DNA of 64,000 bases from Rhabdothermincola salaria (GTDB lineage: Bacteria; Actinomycetota; Acidimicrobiia; Acidimicrobiales; Acidimicrobilacustridaceae). Below the pieces are notes generated by a model. It saw only the letters and a list, made by a program, of their open reading frames with translations, ran no database searches and had not been told where the DNA came from. Positions 38,784 through 48,026 of the stretch are shown piece by piece. Location: NCBI RefSeq assembly GCF_021246445.1, contig NZ_JAJQXW010000001.1:186001-250000 (forward strand), in the 5' to 3' direction. The translations under genes were made by a program, and so were the position numbers. Each line of letters opens with the position of its first letter. Position 1 is the first letter of the stretch.

Positions 38784-40027
38784 GCGCCGGCTACCACGCC
38801 GGTCGGTGGCCGGCCGAGGACGGTGGGCCCACGCGGCCCCAGGCCTGCGCCGGCGCCTTCGCCGGCTGGTCGCCGAGCACGGCATCGGTGAGCTCACGGG
38901 AGGTGGCCGGCGCCACGATGGTCGTGTGGCGTGACCCCGACGAGCTCTACCTGCTCGGTCACACGGCAGGCGACGACGCCGTGGCCTGGGTCGAACGCCT
39001 CGACCCGTTGACCCTCGCGCCTCGCGCTCGTTCCGTCGAGCTGCTCGGGGGGCCCGCCTGGCCGGGGGGCATCGCCGCCCACGCCGACGGAGGCCTCCAC
39101 GTCGTGTTCGGTCGCCACGCGCACCGGCTGCGTCCCGACCTCTCCGTCGCGGCCTCCGCCGAGCTGCCGCGGGAGCGCGCCTACAACAGCTTCGTGGTCC
39201 TGCCGGACGGCCACCTCGTCACCAAGGACTTCGGTGGGCTGCGGCCGGGCGAGTCCGCGATCGAGCCGGCACCCCCGGCTCAGCTCTGCGTGCTCGACCC
39301 GGTCTCGCTCGAGATCGTGGCCCGGGCCGAGGTGCCCGAGCCGTCCATCGCCCGCCTCTCGGCCGACGGCGCGCTCGTCTACGTGGTGGGGGACACCTCG
39401 CTGTTCCGCCTGGCGTGGGACGGAATCGACCTGGCCCTCGACGAGGGCTTCGCCCCCCGCTACCGCACCCTTGCCGGACAGACGCACGGCTGGGACGCCG
39501 TGCTGTCGATGGGAGCGGCGTGGTTCCTCGACGACGGTGCCGGCAGCGAGCGCTACGCAGGCACCTTCCGCGGGCAGGGGGTGTCGACCTCCCCGCTGCA
39601 CCTGGTCCGCGTCGGCCTCGTGGACGGTTCGGTGTCGCTCACCGAGGTCTCCGGGCTGAGCGGCGGCCTGGTGGCCAACCCGCCTCTGATCGACCCGGTC
39701 CGTCGCCTCGCGGTGGCCTACGACAGCGGCAACGGGGTGATGGCGGCGTTCGACATCGGTGCCGACGGCGAGACCACGCCGAGGTGGCGCGTCGATCAGG
39801 ACCACGGCTCGCACCTGCTCCTCGACCCCGACCGCGGCCTGGTCCTCACCGCCGACCACGACGGGGAGCGGTGGATGGAGCAGCTCGTCGTCCGAGAGAT
39901 CGAGACCGGGGTCGAGCAGGCCCGCCTCGACTCGGGCAGCGCACTGCAATCGGTGCTGTTCCCCGCCCCGGGTGACCGGTGCGTCTACCTCTGCTCGTTC
40001 AGCACGGTGAGCCGCCTGGCGTGGTGA
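38780..40027 (+). CDS. Hypothetical protein, probably beta-propeller-like
   Basis: GTGA overlap with sulfatase; repeated short beta-strand pattern. Confidence 0.7.
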   Translation: MSAGYHAGRWPAEDGGPTRPQACAGAFAGWSPSTASVSSREVAGATMVVWRDPDELYLLGHTAGDDAVAWVERLDPLTLAPRARSVELLGGPAWPGGIAAHADGGLHVVFGRHAHRLRPDLSVAASAELPRERAYNSFVVLPDGHLVTKDFGGLRPGESAIEPAPPAQLCVLDPVSLEIVARAEVPEPSIARLSADGALVYVVGDTSLFRLAWDGIDLALDEGFAPRYRTLAGQTHGWDAVLSMGAAWFLDDGAGSERYAGTFRGQGVSTSPLHLVRVGLVDGSVSLTEVSGLSGGLVANPPLIDPVRRLAVAYDSGNGVMAAFDIGADGETTPRWRVDQDHGSHLLLDPDRGLVLTADHDGERWMEQLVVREIETGVEQARLDSGSALQSVLFPAPGDRCVYLCSFSTVSRLAW

Positions 40028-40040
40028 GCGGCCTCGGCGG

Positions 40041-42314
40041 TCAGGCCGGCGCCAGCTCCACCGGGATGCCGTTCACCGCCGCGTTGCCGGACAGCTCGTC
40101 GACGAACGTTCCCGGCGCCAGCAGGTTGTTGTTGACGCCCGCGTGCTCGCGGGCCACCGAGAGTCGGGTGCCGGGCCGGTCGTGTCCCCATCCGTGGGGG
40201 AGGCACACCACGCCGGGCATCATCTCGTCGGAGACCTCCACCGGCACCTCGAGCTGGCCGGCCTCGCTGCTCACGAGCGCCCGGCCGCCATCGGCCAGCC
40301 CGTGGCGCGCCGCGTCGTCGGGATGCACCAGAAGGGTGCAGCGGTCCTTGCCCTTCACCAGGACGTCGACGTTGTGCATCCACGAGTTCTTCGAGCGCAG
40401 GTGGCGCCGACTGACCAACACCATCCCGTCGGGCTCGTCGGCCATGGCCCGGCGAAGCCGGGGCAGGTCACCGACGACGTACTCCGGGGCCAGTTGGATC
40501 CGCCCGGAGGGCGTGCCCACCAACTCATGGGCCTGGGGGACCATCGGCCCCAGGTCGATGCCGTCGACCTGGTCGCGGATGCGGGCGAGGGTCAAGCCGT
40601 CGGGCACCTCTCCGTAGCGGTCACCGAAGGGGCCCATGCGCACCATGAGGTCGATCATGCGCTCGGGCCCGCCCTCGCCGTAGAGGGCCAGGGTCGCCTC
40701 GGGATCGCGGCCCGTCATCTGGCACAGGACCGAGAACCAGCCGTCGTCGATGGCGGCGAGATCGAAGGTCTCCTCGGTGCCTCCGGCGCAGTACCAGCCC
40801 AACCGGCACAGGGTCTCCCACTCGGGCACCGCGCCTTCGGGCGGGGCGTAGAGGGCGTCGCTCCACTTGACGGCGGAGCCCACCGCCCAGGCCGGAATGA
40901 GCTCGTCGAAATGCGGTGTCTCGAGAGGAGACGGACCGGGGAGGATGACGTGGGCGAAGCGGGTGGTCTCGTTGAGGTAGCTGTCGACCGAGATCATGCA
41001 GTCGAGGAGGGGGAGGGCCTCCTCCAACCGGTCGGACTCGGGCACGCTGATCACCGGGTTCCCGGCGATGGTGATGAGGCCCTTGATCTGCCCCTCGCCC
41101 GGCGTGGCGATCTCCTCGGCCAGGCACGAGCAGGGGACCTGCCCCAGGACCTCGGGCGCGCCCCGCACCCTGCTCGTCCATCGACCGAACGTGGGCTCAC
41201 CGGTCGCCGCGGTGTCGGCGAACCAGGCGATCGGGGCGTTGACCGGTCGGCCCCACATCAGACCGCCCTCGGTGTCGAAGTGCCCGGTGACGATGTTGAC
41301 CACATCGACCAGCCACGACGCCAGCGTGCCGAACTCCTGGTTGCACAGGCCGATGCGTCCGTACACGGCGCCCCGCTCGGCCGCTGCGAAGCGCCGGGCC
41401 AGGTCACGGATGGTCTCTGCCGGCACCGCGCACCAGTCGGCCACCGCGTCGGGGGTGAACCCCTCGACGGCGGCCACCAGGTCGTCGACACCGTCGACCA
41501 TGTCGGCCACCGAGCCCAGGTCCAGCAGACCTTCCTCGACGATCACCTGCACCATGGCCAGCAGCAGGGCGGCATCGGTACCGGGTCGGATCGGCACCCA
41601 CTGGTCGGCTCGATCGGCGGTGCCCGTGCGGCGGGGGTCGACGACGACGACCGTGCCGCCCCGCTCCCGGATGGCGTCGAGCTCGCCGAGCACGTCGGGG
41701 CAGGCCATGAGCGAGCCGCCCGAGGCCTGGGGGTTGCCGCCCATGACGACGAGGAAGTCGGTGCGGCGGATGTCGACCGTCGGGATCTTCCACTGGTTGC
41801 CGTACATGAGGGCACAGGTGACGTTCTTGGGCCACTGGTCGATGGTGCCGGCCGAGTAGATCATCTCGAAGCCGGCCTGCCCGATGAGCATGGCCATGTA
41901 GCGGCCGAGGGTGAAGGAGTGGCCGACCGGGTTGCCCACGAAGGCGGTCATCGCAGTGGGGCCGTACGTCTGGCGGACGCCGTCGATCAGCTCGTGGCAG
42001 CGTGCGAAGGCCTCGTCCCACGTGGCTTCGCGCCAGGTCTCACCGTCTCGGATCATGGGGTGACGGAGGCGGTCGGGGTCGTCGTGGAGCCGTCCCAGCA
42101 CGGTGCCCTTGGGGCAGAGGTAGCCCTTGGACCAGACGTCGTCGGCGTTGGCCCGGATCACCTTCACGCCGTCGTCGTCGTCGAGGTGGACCTCGAGCCC
42201 GCACATGCACTCGCACAGCGGACAGGTGCGCTTGTGCACCCGGGTGCCGTCCTCGCGCAACTCGTGAATCGGTCCGATCAGCCGTCGCGTGCTGGGCGCA
42301 TCCGTGGTCGTCAT
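40041..42314 (-). CDS. Molybdopterin-dependent oxidoreductase (DMSO reductase family) with 4Fe-4S
   Basis: CPLCECMCG...YLCPKG, HDDPDRL, VVDPRRT, IRPGTD, C-terminal LPHGWG...NGIPV. Confidence 0.92.
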   Translation of the reverse strand: MTTTDAPSTRRLIGPIHELREDGTRVHKRTCPLCECMCGLEVHLDDDDGVKVIRANADDVWSKGYLCPKGTVLGRLHDDPDRLRHPMIRDGETWREATWDEAFARCHELIDGVRQTYGPTAMTAFVGNPVGHSFTLGRYMAMLIGQAGFEMIYSAGTIDQWPKNVTCALMYGNQWKIPTVDIRRTDFLVVMGGNPQASGGSLMACPDVLGELDAIRERGGTVVVVDPRRTGTADRADQWVPIRPGTDAALLLAMVQVIVEEGLLDLGSVADMVDGVDDLVAAVEGFTPDAVADWCAVPAETIRDLARRFAAAERGAVYGRIGLCNQEFGTLASWLVDVVNIVTGHFDTEGGLMWGRPVNAPIAWFADTAATGEPTFGRWTSRVRGAPEVLGQVPCSCLAEEIATPGEGQIKGLITIAGNPVISVPESDRLEEALPLLDCMISVDSYLNETTRFAHVILPGPSPLETPHFDELIPAWAVGSAVKWSDALYAPPEGAVPEWETLCRLGWYCAGGTEETFDLAAIDDGWFSVLCQMTGRDPEATLALYGEGGPERMIDLMVRMGPFGDRYGEVPDGLTLARIRDQVDGIDLGPMVPQAHELVGTPSGRIQLAPEYVVGDLPRLRRAMADEPDGMVLVSRRHLRSKNSWMHNVDVLVKGKDRCTLLVHPDDAARHGLADGGRALVSSEAGQLEVPVEVSDEMMPGVVCLPHGWGHDRPGTRLSVAREHAGVNNNLLAPGTFVDELSGNAAVNGIPVELAPA

Positions 42315-42645
42315 GGTTGGTCCCCCCCCCGGGTGGTGTCTCGCTCCGGACCCTAATTCGCAACACCTTGCTCCGGTCGGCAAGCCTCCCTCCGCCGCCT
42401 TCGGCGAAACGCGTGGCCTGTCTGAGGCTCCGTCGCTGGCGCTCCTCCGCCTGTTGCAGGTCGGCACAGACCTGGCATCTGTCTTCGGGGCCGAGTGGGT
42501 TCCGGGGGGTGGCCCGTACCACTGGTTCTGACGCGCGCACAGGAGCGAGTGCGGCTCGGCGGCCGTCGCCGGTGATCGACGAAGGGTTCGTCGGCCGAAG
42601 CCCGAGCTCGACGAAGCTGCCGCTCTGAGCGACTGAGCACGTCAG

Positions 42646-42824
42646 GTTCTGGTGCGGGACAGGACCCGCCGGAGCCCCGAGGACCCGACACCGGGAGAGC
42701 GACCCGCCCACACTGCGTCCCGACGAGCTCGCGAGGAGCGCCATGGACACCGTTCTGGGGCGGGACAGGACCCGCCGGGACCCCGAGGACCCGAAACCCC
42801 GCGCGAGGAGGGCGCCATGGTCAC
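42646..42824 (+). repeat. Imperfect tandem duplication (47-bp core plus SD/ATG segment)
   Basis: 42646-42692 vs 42752-42798, 43/47 identical; GCGAGGAG(GG)CGCCATGG repeated at 42731 and 42803. Confidence 0.85.
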
Positions 42825-42846
42825 TGTCGCAGGGGCTGGGGAGACT
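42825..42846 (+). promoter_or_regulatory. RecA-NDp/PafBC-type promoter candidate
   Basis: TGTCGC-N10-GAGACT, 6 nt before ATG 42853. Confidence 0.5.
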
Positions 42847-42852
42847 CTGGGC

Positions 42853-43053
42853 ATGACTCTTCCCCTCGTCATCGACTGCGGTGAGTGCGCCATGCAGCAC
42901 ACGGAGGCCTGCGCCGACTGCATGGTGACCTACGTGTGCTCCCGAGAGCCCGACGACGCCCTCGTCATCGACGTGGCCGAGGTGCGGGCCTTCAAGCTCC
43001 TGACCGAGAGCGGGCTGGTGCCCGAGCTGCGTCACCGACGACGCAGCGGCTGA
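42853..43053 (+). CDS. Small Cys-rich putative metal-binding protein
   Basis: IDCGEC...ACADCMVT...GLVPELR; alternative in-frame ATG at 42817. Confidence 0.8.
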   Translation: MTLPLVIDCGECAMQHTEACADCMVTYVCSREPDDALVIDVAEVRAFKLLTESGLVPELRHRRRSG

Positions 43054-43105
43054 CGTCCGAGCCCCTGGCGAGGAGGTGGGGGTCGGCACCGGCCACACTG
43101 GAGCC

Positions 43106-44146
43106 ATGTCGGTCCCGACCCTCCAAGCGCTGCGTGACGTCGGCGTGGCCAACGGCCTGGTCGCAGTGGGCGTCACCGACGCGGGGCCGTTGGTCGAGGC
43201 CCGCGCAGCTATCGAGGAGCGCCGCCGCGTCGGTCTGCACGGCGGGATGCAGTTCACCTATCGGAACCCGGCGAGGTCCACCGAGCCTGCCCGGATCCTC
43301 GATGGGGCCCGCTCGCTGGTGGTGGGAGCCCACCCCTACGCCGGGGGGCCCGTCGACCACGGCGGGACGGATGGCCCGCGGTTGCGGGGTCGCGTCGCCC
43401 GCTACGCCACCGACGACCACTACGGCGCGCTGCGAGCGGCGCTGTCGGAGATGGCCGGCGTGCTCGAGCGGGCGGGCTGGCGGGCCCGGGTGGTCGCCGA
43501 CGACAACGCCCTGGTGGACCGAGCGGCGGCCCAACGGGCCGGGGTGGGGTGGTTCGGGCGCAACGCCAACATCCTCGTGCCGGGGCACGGCAGCTGGGTG
43601 GTGCTCGGAGCGGTCGTCACCGACGCCGAGCTGGGCACCAGCGAGGCGGTCCCGGACGGGTGCGGCTCGTGCCGGCGGTGCCTCGACGGTTGCCCCACCG
43701 GAGCCATCGTCGCCCCGGGCGTGGTCGATGCCCGACGTTGCCTGGCCTGGCTCGTGCAGGCCGATGGTCCGTTCCCGGAGGAGCACCGCGTCGCCCTGGG
43801 CGACCGCATCTACGGCTGCGACGACTGCCAGGAGGTCTGCCCGCCGAGCCGGCGCAGCCCTGAGGGACGGGCCGAGGTGGCCTCGTCGGGGGCCTGGGTC
43901 GACCTGCTGGAGATGCTGGAGAGCTCCGACGAGCACCTGCTGGACACCCACGGTCGCTGGTACATCCCTCGGCGCGACCCGAGGTATCTGCGGCGCAACG
44001 CCCTGGTCGCCCTCGGCAACGTGGCCGAGCCCGGGCACGCGGAGGTGGCCGCGGTCCTCGAGCGCTACGCGGCCGGCGACGACGAGCTGCTCGCGGAGCA
44101 CGCTCGTTGGGCCCGAGGACGGGTGCAGGAGAGGGCCTCGGCATGA
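43106..44146 (+). CDS. queG: Epoxyqueuosine reductase
   Basis: ARYA..DHY, CGSCRRCLDGCPTGA, DARRC, YGCDDCQEVCP, RRNALVALGN. Confidence 0.92.
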   Translation: MSVPTLQALRDVGVANGLVAVGVTDAGPLVEARAAIEERRRVGLHGGMQFTYRNPARSTEPARILDGARSLVVGAHPYAGGPVDHGGTDGPRLRGRVARYATDDHYGALRAALSEMAGVLERAGWRARVVADDNALVDRAAAQRAGVGWFGRNANILVPGHGSWVVLGAVVTDAELGTSEAVPDGCGSCRRCLDGCPTGAIVAPGVVDARRCLAWLVQADGPFPEEHRVALGDRIYGCDDCQEVCPPSRRSPEGRAEVASSGAWVDLLEMLESSDEHLLDTHGRWYIPRRDPRYLRRNALVALGNVAEPGHAEVAAVLERYAAGDDELLAEHARWARGRVQERASA

Positions 44147-45327
44147 GGCACCTGCTCGTCACCAACGACTTCCCACCGAAGGTGGGGGGCATCCAGTCCT
44201 ATCTGTGGGAGCTGTGGCGGCGGCTGCCCCCGGACGAGACCACGGTGCTCACGACCCCGCACCGCGGCGCCGCCCGCTTCGACGCCGAGCAGCCCATCCG
44301 GGTCGAGCGTGATCGCGCCCGGGTCCTGCTCCCCACACGCGCCCTGGTGCGCCGCATCGACCGGTTGGCCGCCGAGGTCGAGGCCGACCTGGTCCTGCTC
44401 GACCCTGCGGTTCCGCTCGGCCTCGTGGGCCCTCGCCTCGAACGGCCCTACGGGGTGGTGCTCCATGGCGCCGAGGTCACGGTGCCGGGCCGGATCCCGG
44501 GTCCGCGCTCGGCGCTGCGGCGCGTGTTGCGGGGCGCCGAGCTGGTCGTCGCCGCCGGGGGATATCCCGCCGACGAAGCGGTGCGGGCGGCCGGCGTCGA
44601 GCTCCCGACGGTCGTGGTCCCGCCGGGGGTCGACGTCGAACGGTTCTCCGTGCTCTCCCCGGACCAGCGGCGCCAGGCCCGCGTTCGTCTGGGTCTCGAT
44701 CCCGATGCACTCGTGGTCGTGGGCGTCAGCCGCTTGGTCCCGCGCAAGGGCTTCGACGTCCTCGTCGAGGCCGGTGCTGTGCTCGCCGATCGCTACCCCG
44801 ACCTGCAGGTGGTCGTCGCCGGTACCGGCCGCGACCGCCGTCGTCTCGATCGGGTCGCCGCCACCCACCACAGCCCCACCGTCATGCTGGGGCGGGTCGA
44901 CGATGCCGAGCTCCCCGCCCTGTACGGCTGCGCCGATGTGTTCGCCATGCTGTGCCGCAACCGCTGGCGAGGGCTCGAGCAGGAAGGGTTCGGGATCGTC
45001 TTCCTCGAAGCGGCGGCCACGGGCGTGGCGTCGGTGGCCGGGCGCAGCGGGGGATCGGCCGAGGCCGTCCGCGACGGCGTCACGGGTCTCGTCGTCGATC
45101 GCCCGCGCGACGTCGCCGGTGTGGCGCTCGCGCTCGATCGGCTGTTGGGCGACCCGGCCCGACGGGCGGCCATGGGCCGCGAGGCTCGGGCCCGGGCGGA
45201 AGGGGAGTTCACCTACGACCTGTTGGCCGAACGGTTGCGCGCCGCCATCGAGGCCACGGTGCGATCCAGGCCCCCACGGCCCACCGACGAGGTTCCACGC
45301 CTGGCCGACGACGAGGACGACGTATGA
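44143..45327 (+). CDS. GT4 glycosyltransferase, PimB-like mannosyltransferase
   Basis: LLVTNDFPPKVGGIQSY, SRLVPRKG, EGFGIVFLEA. Confidence 0.9.
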   Translation: MRHLLVTNDFPPKVGGIQSYLWELWRRLPPDETTVLTTPHRGAARFDAEQPIRVERDRARVLLPTRALVRRIDRLAAEVEADLVLLDPAVPLGLVGPRLERPYGVVLHGAEVTVPGRIPGPRSALRRVLRGAELVVAAGGYPADEAVRAAGVELPTVVVPPGVDVERFSVLSPDQRRQARVRLGLDPDALVVVGVSRLVPRKGFDVLVEAGAVLADRYPDLQVVVAGTGRDRRRLDRVAATHHSPTVMLGRVDDAELPALYGCADVFAMLCRNRWRGLEQEGFGIVFLEAAATGVASVAGRSGGSAEAVRDGVTGLVVDRPRDVAGVALALDRLLGDPARRAAMGREARARAEGEFTYDLLAERLRAAIEATVRSRPPRPTDEVPRLADDEDDV

Positions 45328-45941
45328 ACGACGTGCCGGCACCCCCTGAGCGGCCCGGCCCCGCCGACCCCACCGCCGGGAGGGCCATCCTCCGGGCGTC
45401 GGCGGGCGGCACCGTGGTGTTCACCCTCCTGGCCGTGCTCGCCCTCTTCGTCGACGGGGTGGTCCCGGCGTTCGTGGTGGTGTCGTTGCTGCTCTTCGCC
45501 GGGGGCACCCTGGCCTTCGTCGTCGCCTTCCTCCGGGCGGTCGACCGGAGCCGCACCGAGTCCATCGGGGTCGGAGGCCTCTTCTTCGGTGCCGGTGCCG
45601 CCCCGGCGCGGGTGCAGGCGCTGCTGCTCGGATCGCTGGGTCTCGAGGTGGTCGTGGCGATCACCGCGGCGGCTCTGCGTCCCTACACCGCCGTCGCCTT
45701 CGGCACCCTCGCCCCCATGTGGGGCCTGGGCCTGGCCGGGCTCTGGGTGGCCCGTCACGGCTGGTTCCCTCCCCGCCCACCCGAGCTGACCCGGGCCGGC
45801 CGGCGCGATGCCGAGCGGGCCGCGCACCGGCGCGTCACCGGCTCCCGACCGGCGACGCCCGACCGCCCCGGCCCTTCCACCGAGCCACCGGTCGAGAGGG
45901 GCTCCGACGACGCGGGCCAGGCCCCCGGGGGCGGCGAGTAA
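45324..45941 (+). CDS. Membrane protein
   Basis: Four hydrophobic segments; ATGA overlap. Confidence 0.75.
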   Translation: MNDVPAPPERPGPADPTAGRAILRASAGGTVVFTLLAVLALFVDGVVPAFVVVSLLLFAGGTLAFVVAFLRAVDRSRTESIGVGGLFFGAGAAPARVQALLLGSLGLEVVVAITAAALRPYTAVAFGTLAPMWGLGLAGLWVARHGWFPPRPPELTRAGRRDAERAAHRRVTGSRPATPDRPGPSTEPPVERGSDDAGQAPGGGE

Positions 45942-45986
45942 CGTCGCCACCGGTGACGGGCGACGGGCCCCACCGGGAGGCATCGG

Positions 45987-46457
45987 ATGGTCGAACAGGC
46001 GAAAGAGCAGATCCGCATCGAGGCGCCGGTTGCGCGCTGCTTCGAGGTGCTCACCGACTTCGCGGCGTACCCGGAGTGGGCGGGCGACCTCAAAGAGGTC
46101 GAGGTCGTCGAGCGCGATGACGACGGGCGCGCCGTCGTGGTCGAGTTCCGAGCGGCCGCCATGGGGCGCAGCACCACCTACCAGCTGAGCTACGACTACG
46201 CCGGGGCACCCGGGCGCCTGGCCTGGGGGCTCGTCACCGGCGATCTGCCCCGCGAGCTCGACGGCGCCTACCTGCTCACCCCGGCCTCCGACGACCCGGA
46301 GGCCACCGACGTCGCCTACGAGCTGGCCGTCGACCTCGTCTATCCGATCCCCGGCTTCGTCAAGCGGCGGGCCGAGGCCAAGATCATCAAGACCGCCCTG
46401 ATCGAGCTGAAGGCTCGTGTCGAGGGCGCCCCGCGGCCCGACCTCGACGACGACTGA
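45987..46457 (+). CDS. SRPBCC / polyketide cyclase (START-like) protein
   Basis: IEAP...DFAAYPEW...LDGAY...VAYEL..IPGFVKRRAE. Confidence 0.9.
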   Translation: MVEQAKEQIRIEAPVARCFEVLTDFAAYPEWAGDLKEVEVVERDDDGRAVVVEFRAAAMGRSTTYQLSYDYAGAPGRLAWGLVTGDLPRELDGAYLLTPASDDPEATDVAYELAVDLVYPIPGFVKRRAEAKIIKTALIELKARVEGAPRPDLDDD

Positions 46458-46473
46458 CGCCTGGCGCGCCCTG

Positions 46474-47634
46474 GTGCGGATCCTGCTGTTCACCGGCAAG
46501 GGCGGGGTCGGCAAGACGACCGCCGCCGCGGCCACCGCTCTGCGCTGCGCCGACGAGGGCCACCGCACCCTCGTGGTGTCCACGGACCCGGCCCACAGCC
46601 TGGCTGACGCCTACGGCCTCGCGCTCGGTGACCAGCCCGCCGCCCTCACCGGTTCGCTGTGGGGGCAACAGCTCGACGCCCGGGCGCGGATGGAGGACTC
46701 CTGGTCCGAGATCCGAGACTGGTTGCTCGAGGTGTTCGCCTGGGCGGGGGTGCAGGGGATCGAGGCCGAGGAGCTCGCCGTGGTCCCCGGACTCGACGAG
46801 GTGTTCGCGCTCGCCGACCTCGCCGACCACGCCGAGAGCGGTCGCTGGGACGTCATCGTCGTCGACTGCGCGCCGACGGCCGAGACCCTTCGCCTCCTCT
46901 CGTTGCCCGATGTGGCGGCCTGGTACATGGCCCGCCTGTTCCCGGTGAGCCGTCGGTTGAACCGGATGGTCGCGCCGGTGCTCGGACGGGTCACGGCCCT
47001 GCCCGTCGCCGGCGACGAGGTCTTCGGGGCCACCAACCGGGTCTACGAGCGCCTCCAGACCGTGCGGGGGCTGCTCGGCGATCCCGACGCCGCCAGCATC
47101 CGGTTGGTGGTGAACCCGGAGCGGATGGTCATCGCCGAGGCCCGCCGCACGGCCACCTACCTGGCGCTCTTCGGCTACGGCGTGGATGCGGTCATCGCCA
47201 ACCGGCTCCTTCCCGAGGCCATCACCGATCCGTGGTTCGACCGATGGAAGGCCGCCCACGCGGAGCACCTGGCCGCCATCCACGAGGGCTTCGCCCCCGT
47301 GCCGGTGTTCACGGTGGAACTGGCCCCCGAGGAGCCGGTGGGCCTCGAGGGGCTGCGGCGCTTCGCGGCCGAGCTCTACGGTGACGGCCGGGCCGCCGAC
47401 GTCCACCATCGGGGCCATCCGATGCGGGTCGAGACGGTCGACGGCGTCCACTCCCTCGTGCTGAGCCTGCCCTTCGGCGAGCGGGGCGAGCTCGACCTCG
47501 GCCGCCGCGACGATGAGTTGATGGTGCGGGTGGGCCCCTATCGTCGAGCCGTGGTGCTGCCCGATTCCCTGCGCGTGCGCACCGTCGTGGGGGCGAGGCT
47601 GCGAGACGGAGAGCTGGTGGTGGACTTCACATGA
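46474..47634 (+). CDS. ArsA/Get3 family ATPase with C-terminal HSP20-like domain
   Basis: GKGGVGKTT, STDPAHSL, DCAPT, VIANR; beta-rich C-terminal domain. Confidence 0.92.
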   Translation: MRILLFTGKGGVGKTTAAAATALRCADEGHRTLVVSTDPAHSLADAYGLALGDQPAALTGSLWGQQLDARARMEDSWSEIRDWLLEVFAWAGVQGIEAEELAVVPGLDEVFALADLADHAESGRWDVIVVDCAPTAETLRLLSLPDVAAWYMARLFPVSRRLNRMVAPVLGRVTALPVAGDEVFGATNRVYERLQTVRGLLGDPDAASIRLVVNPERMVIAEARRTATYLALFGYGVDAVIANRLLPEAITDPWFDRWKAAHAEHLAAIHEGFAPVPVFTVELAPEEPVGLEGLRRFAAELYGDGRAADVHHRGHPMRVETVDGVHSLVLSLPFGERGELDLGRRDDELMVRVGPYRRAVVLPDSLRVRTVVGARLRDGELVVDFT

Positions 47635-47978
47635 GCGACACCGGATCGGCTGATCACCGGGAGGAGCCGTCGGAGACCCCGCCGGACCCCACTGCGGACG
47701 AGACGCTGGCGTCGCTGCAGGGCGCAGCCCGACAGCTCATCGCGGCAGCCCGGGGGCTGCTCGACGCCGCCGAGGTGGCTCTCGAGGACCCCGCTCTGGT
47801 GCGCGATGCCGTGGGCACCCTCGGCGGCCTGGCCCGGGACGCGGCGCGCCTGGCGTCCGACGCCGGCCGCTCGGCCGCCCGGGGGAGCTCCGGACCCGAC
47901 CGGCCCGACGACGCCGACCAGGGCGACGAGGGCGACGAGGGCGACGGGGGTGCGGTGCAGCGCATCCCGGTCGAGTGA
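47631..47978 (+). CDS. Hypothetical protein typical of the ArsA-glucokinase locus
   Basis: ATGA overlap; AARQLIAAARGLLD helix, VQRIPVE C-terminus. Confidence 0.75.
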   Translation: MSDTGSADHREEPSETPPDPTADETLASLQGAARQLIAAARGLLDAAEVALEDPALVRDAVGTLGGLARDAARLASDAGRSAARGSSGPDRPDDADQGDEGDEGDGGAVQRIPVE

Positions 47979-48026
47979 ATCAACGCTCAACCCGAGCCAT
48001 CCGGACGCCGATTGAGTGAGGACACC

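Noticed and set aside
42315..42520. Moco riboswitch upstream of the molybdoenzyme
   Set aside because: I could not recognise the conserved Moco motif elements by eye; an Rfam scan would be needed
42646..42798. CRISPR array
   Set aside because: Only two long copies, part of the intervening sequence is itself duplicated, and no cas genes are present
47909..47950. 9-bp tandem repeat GGGCGACGA
   Set aside because: Encodes a low-complexity acidic linker, as do similar tracts at 6230-6389 and 57045-57072
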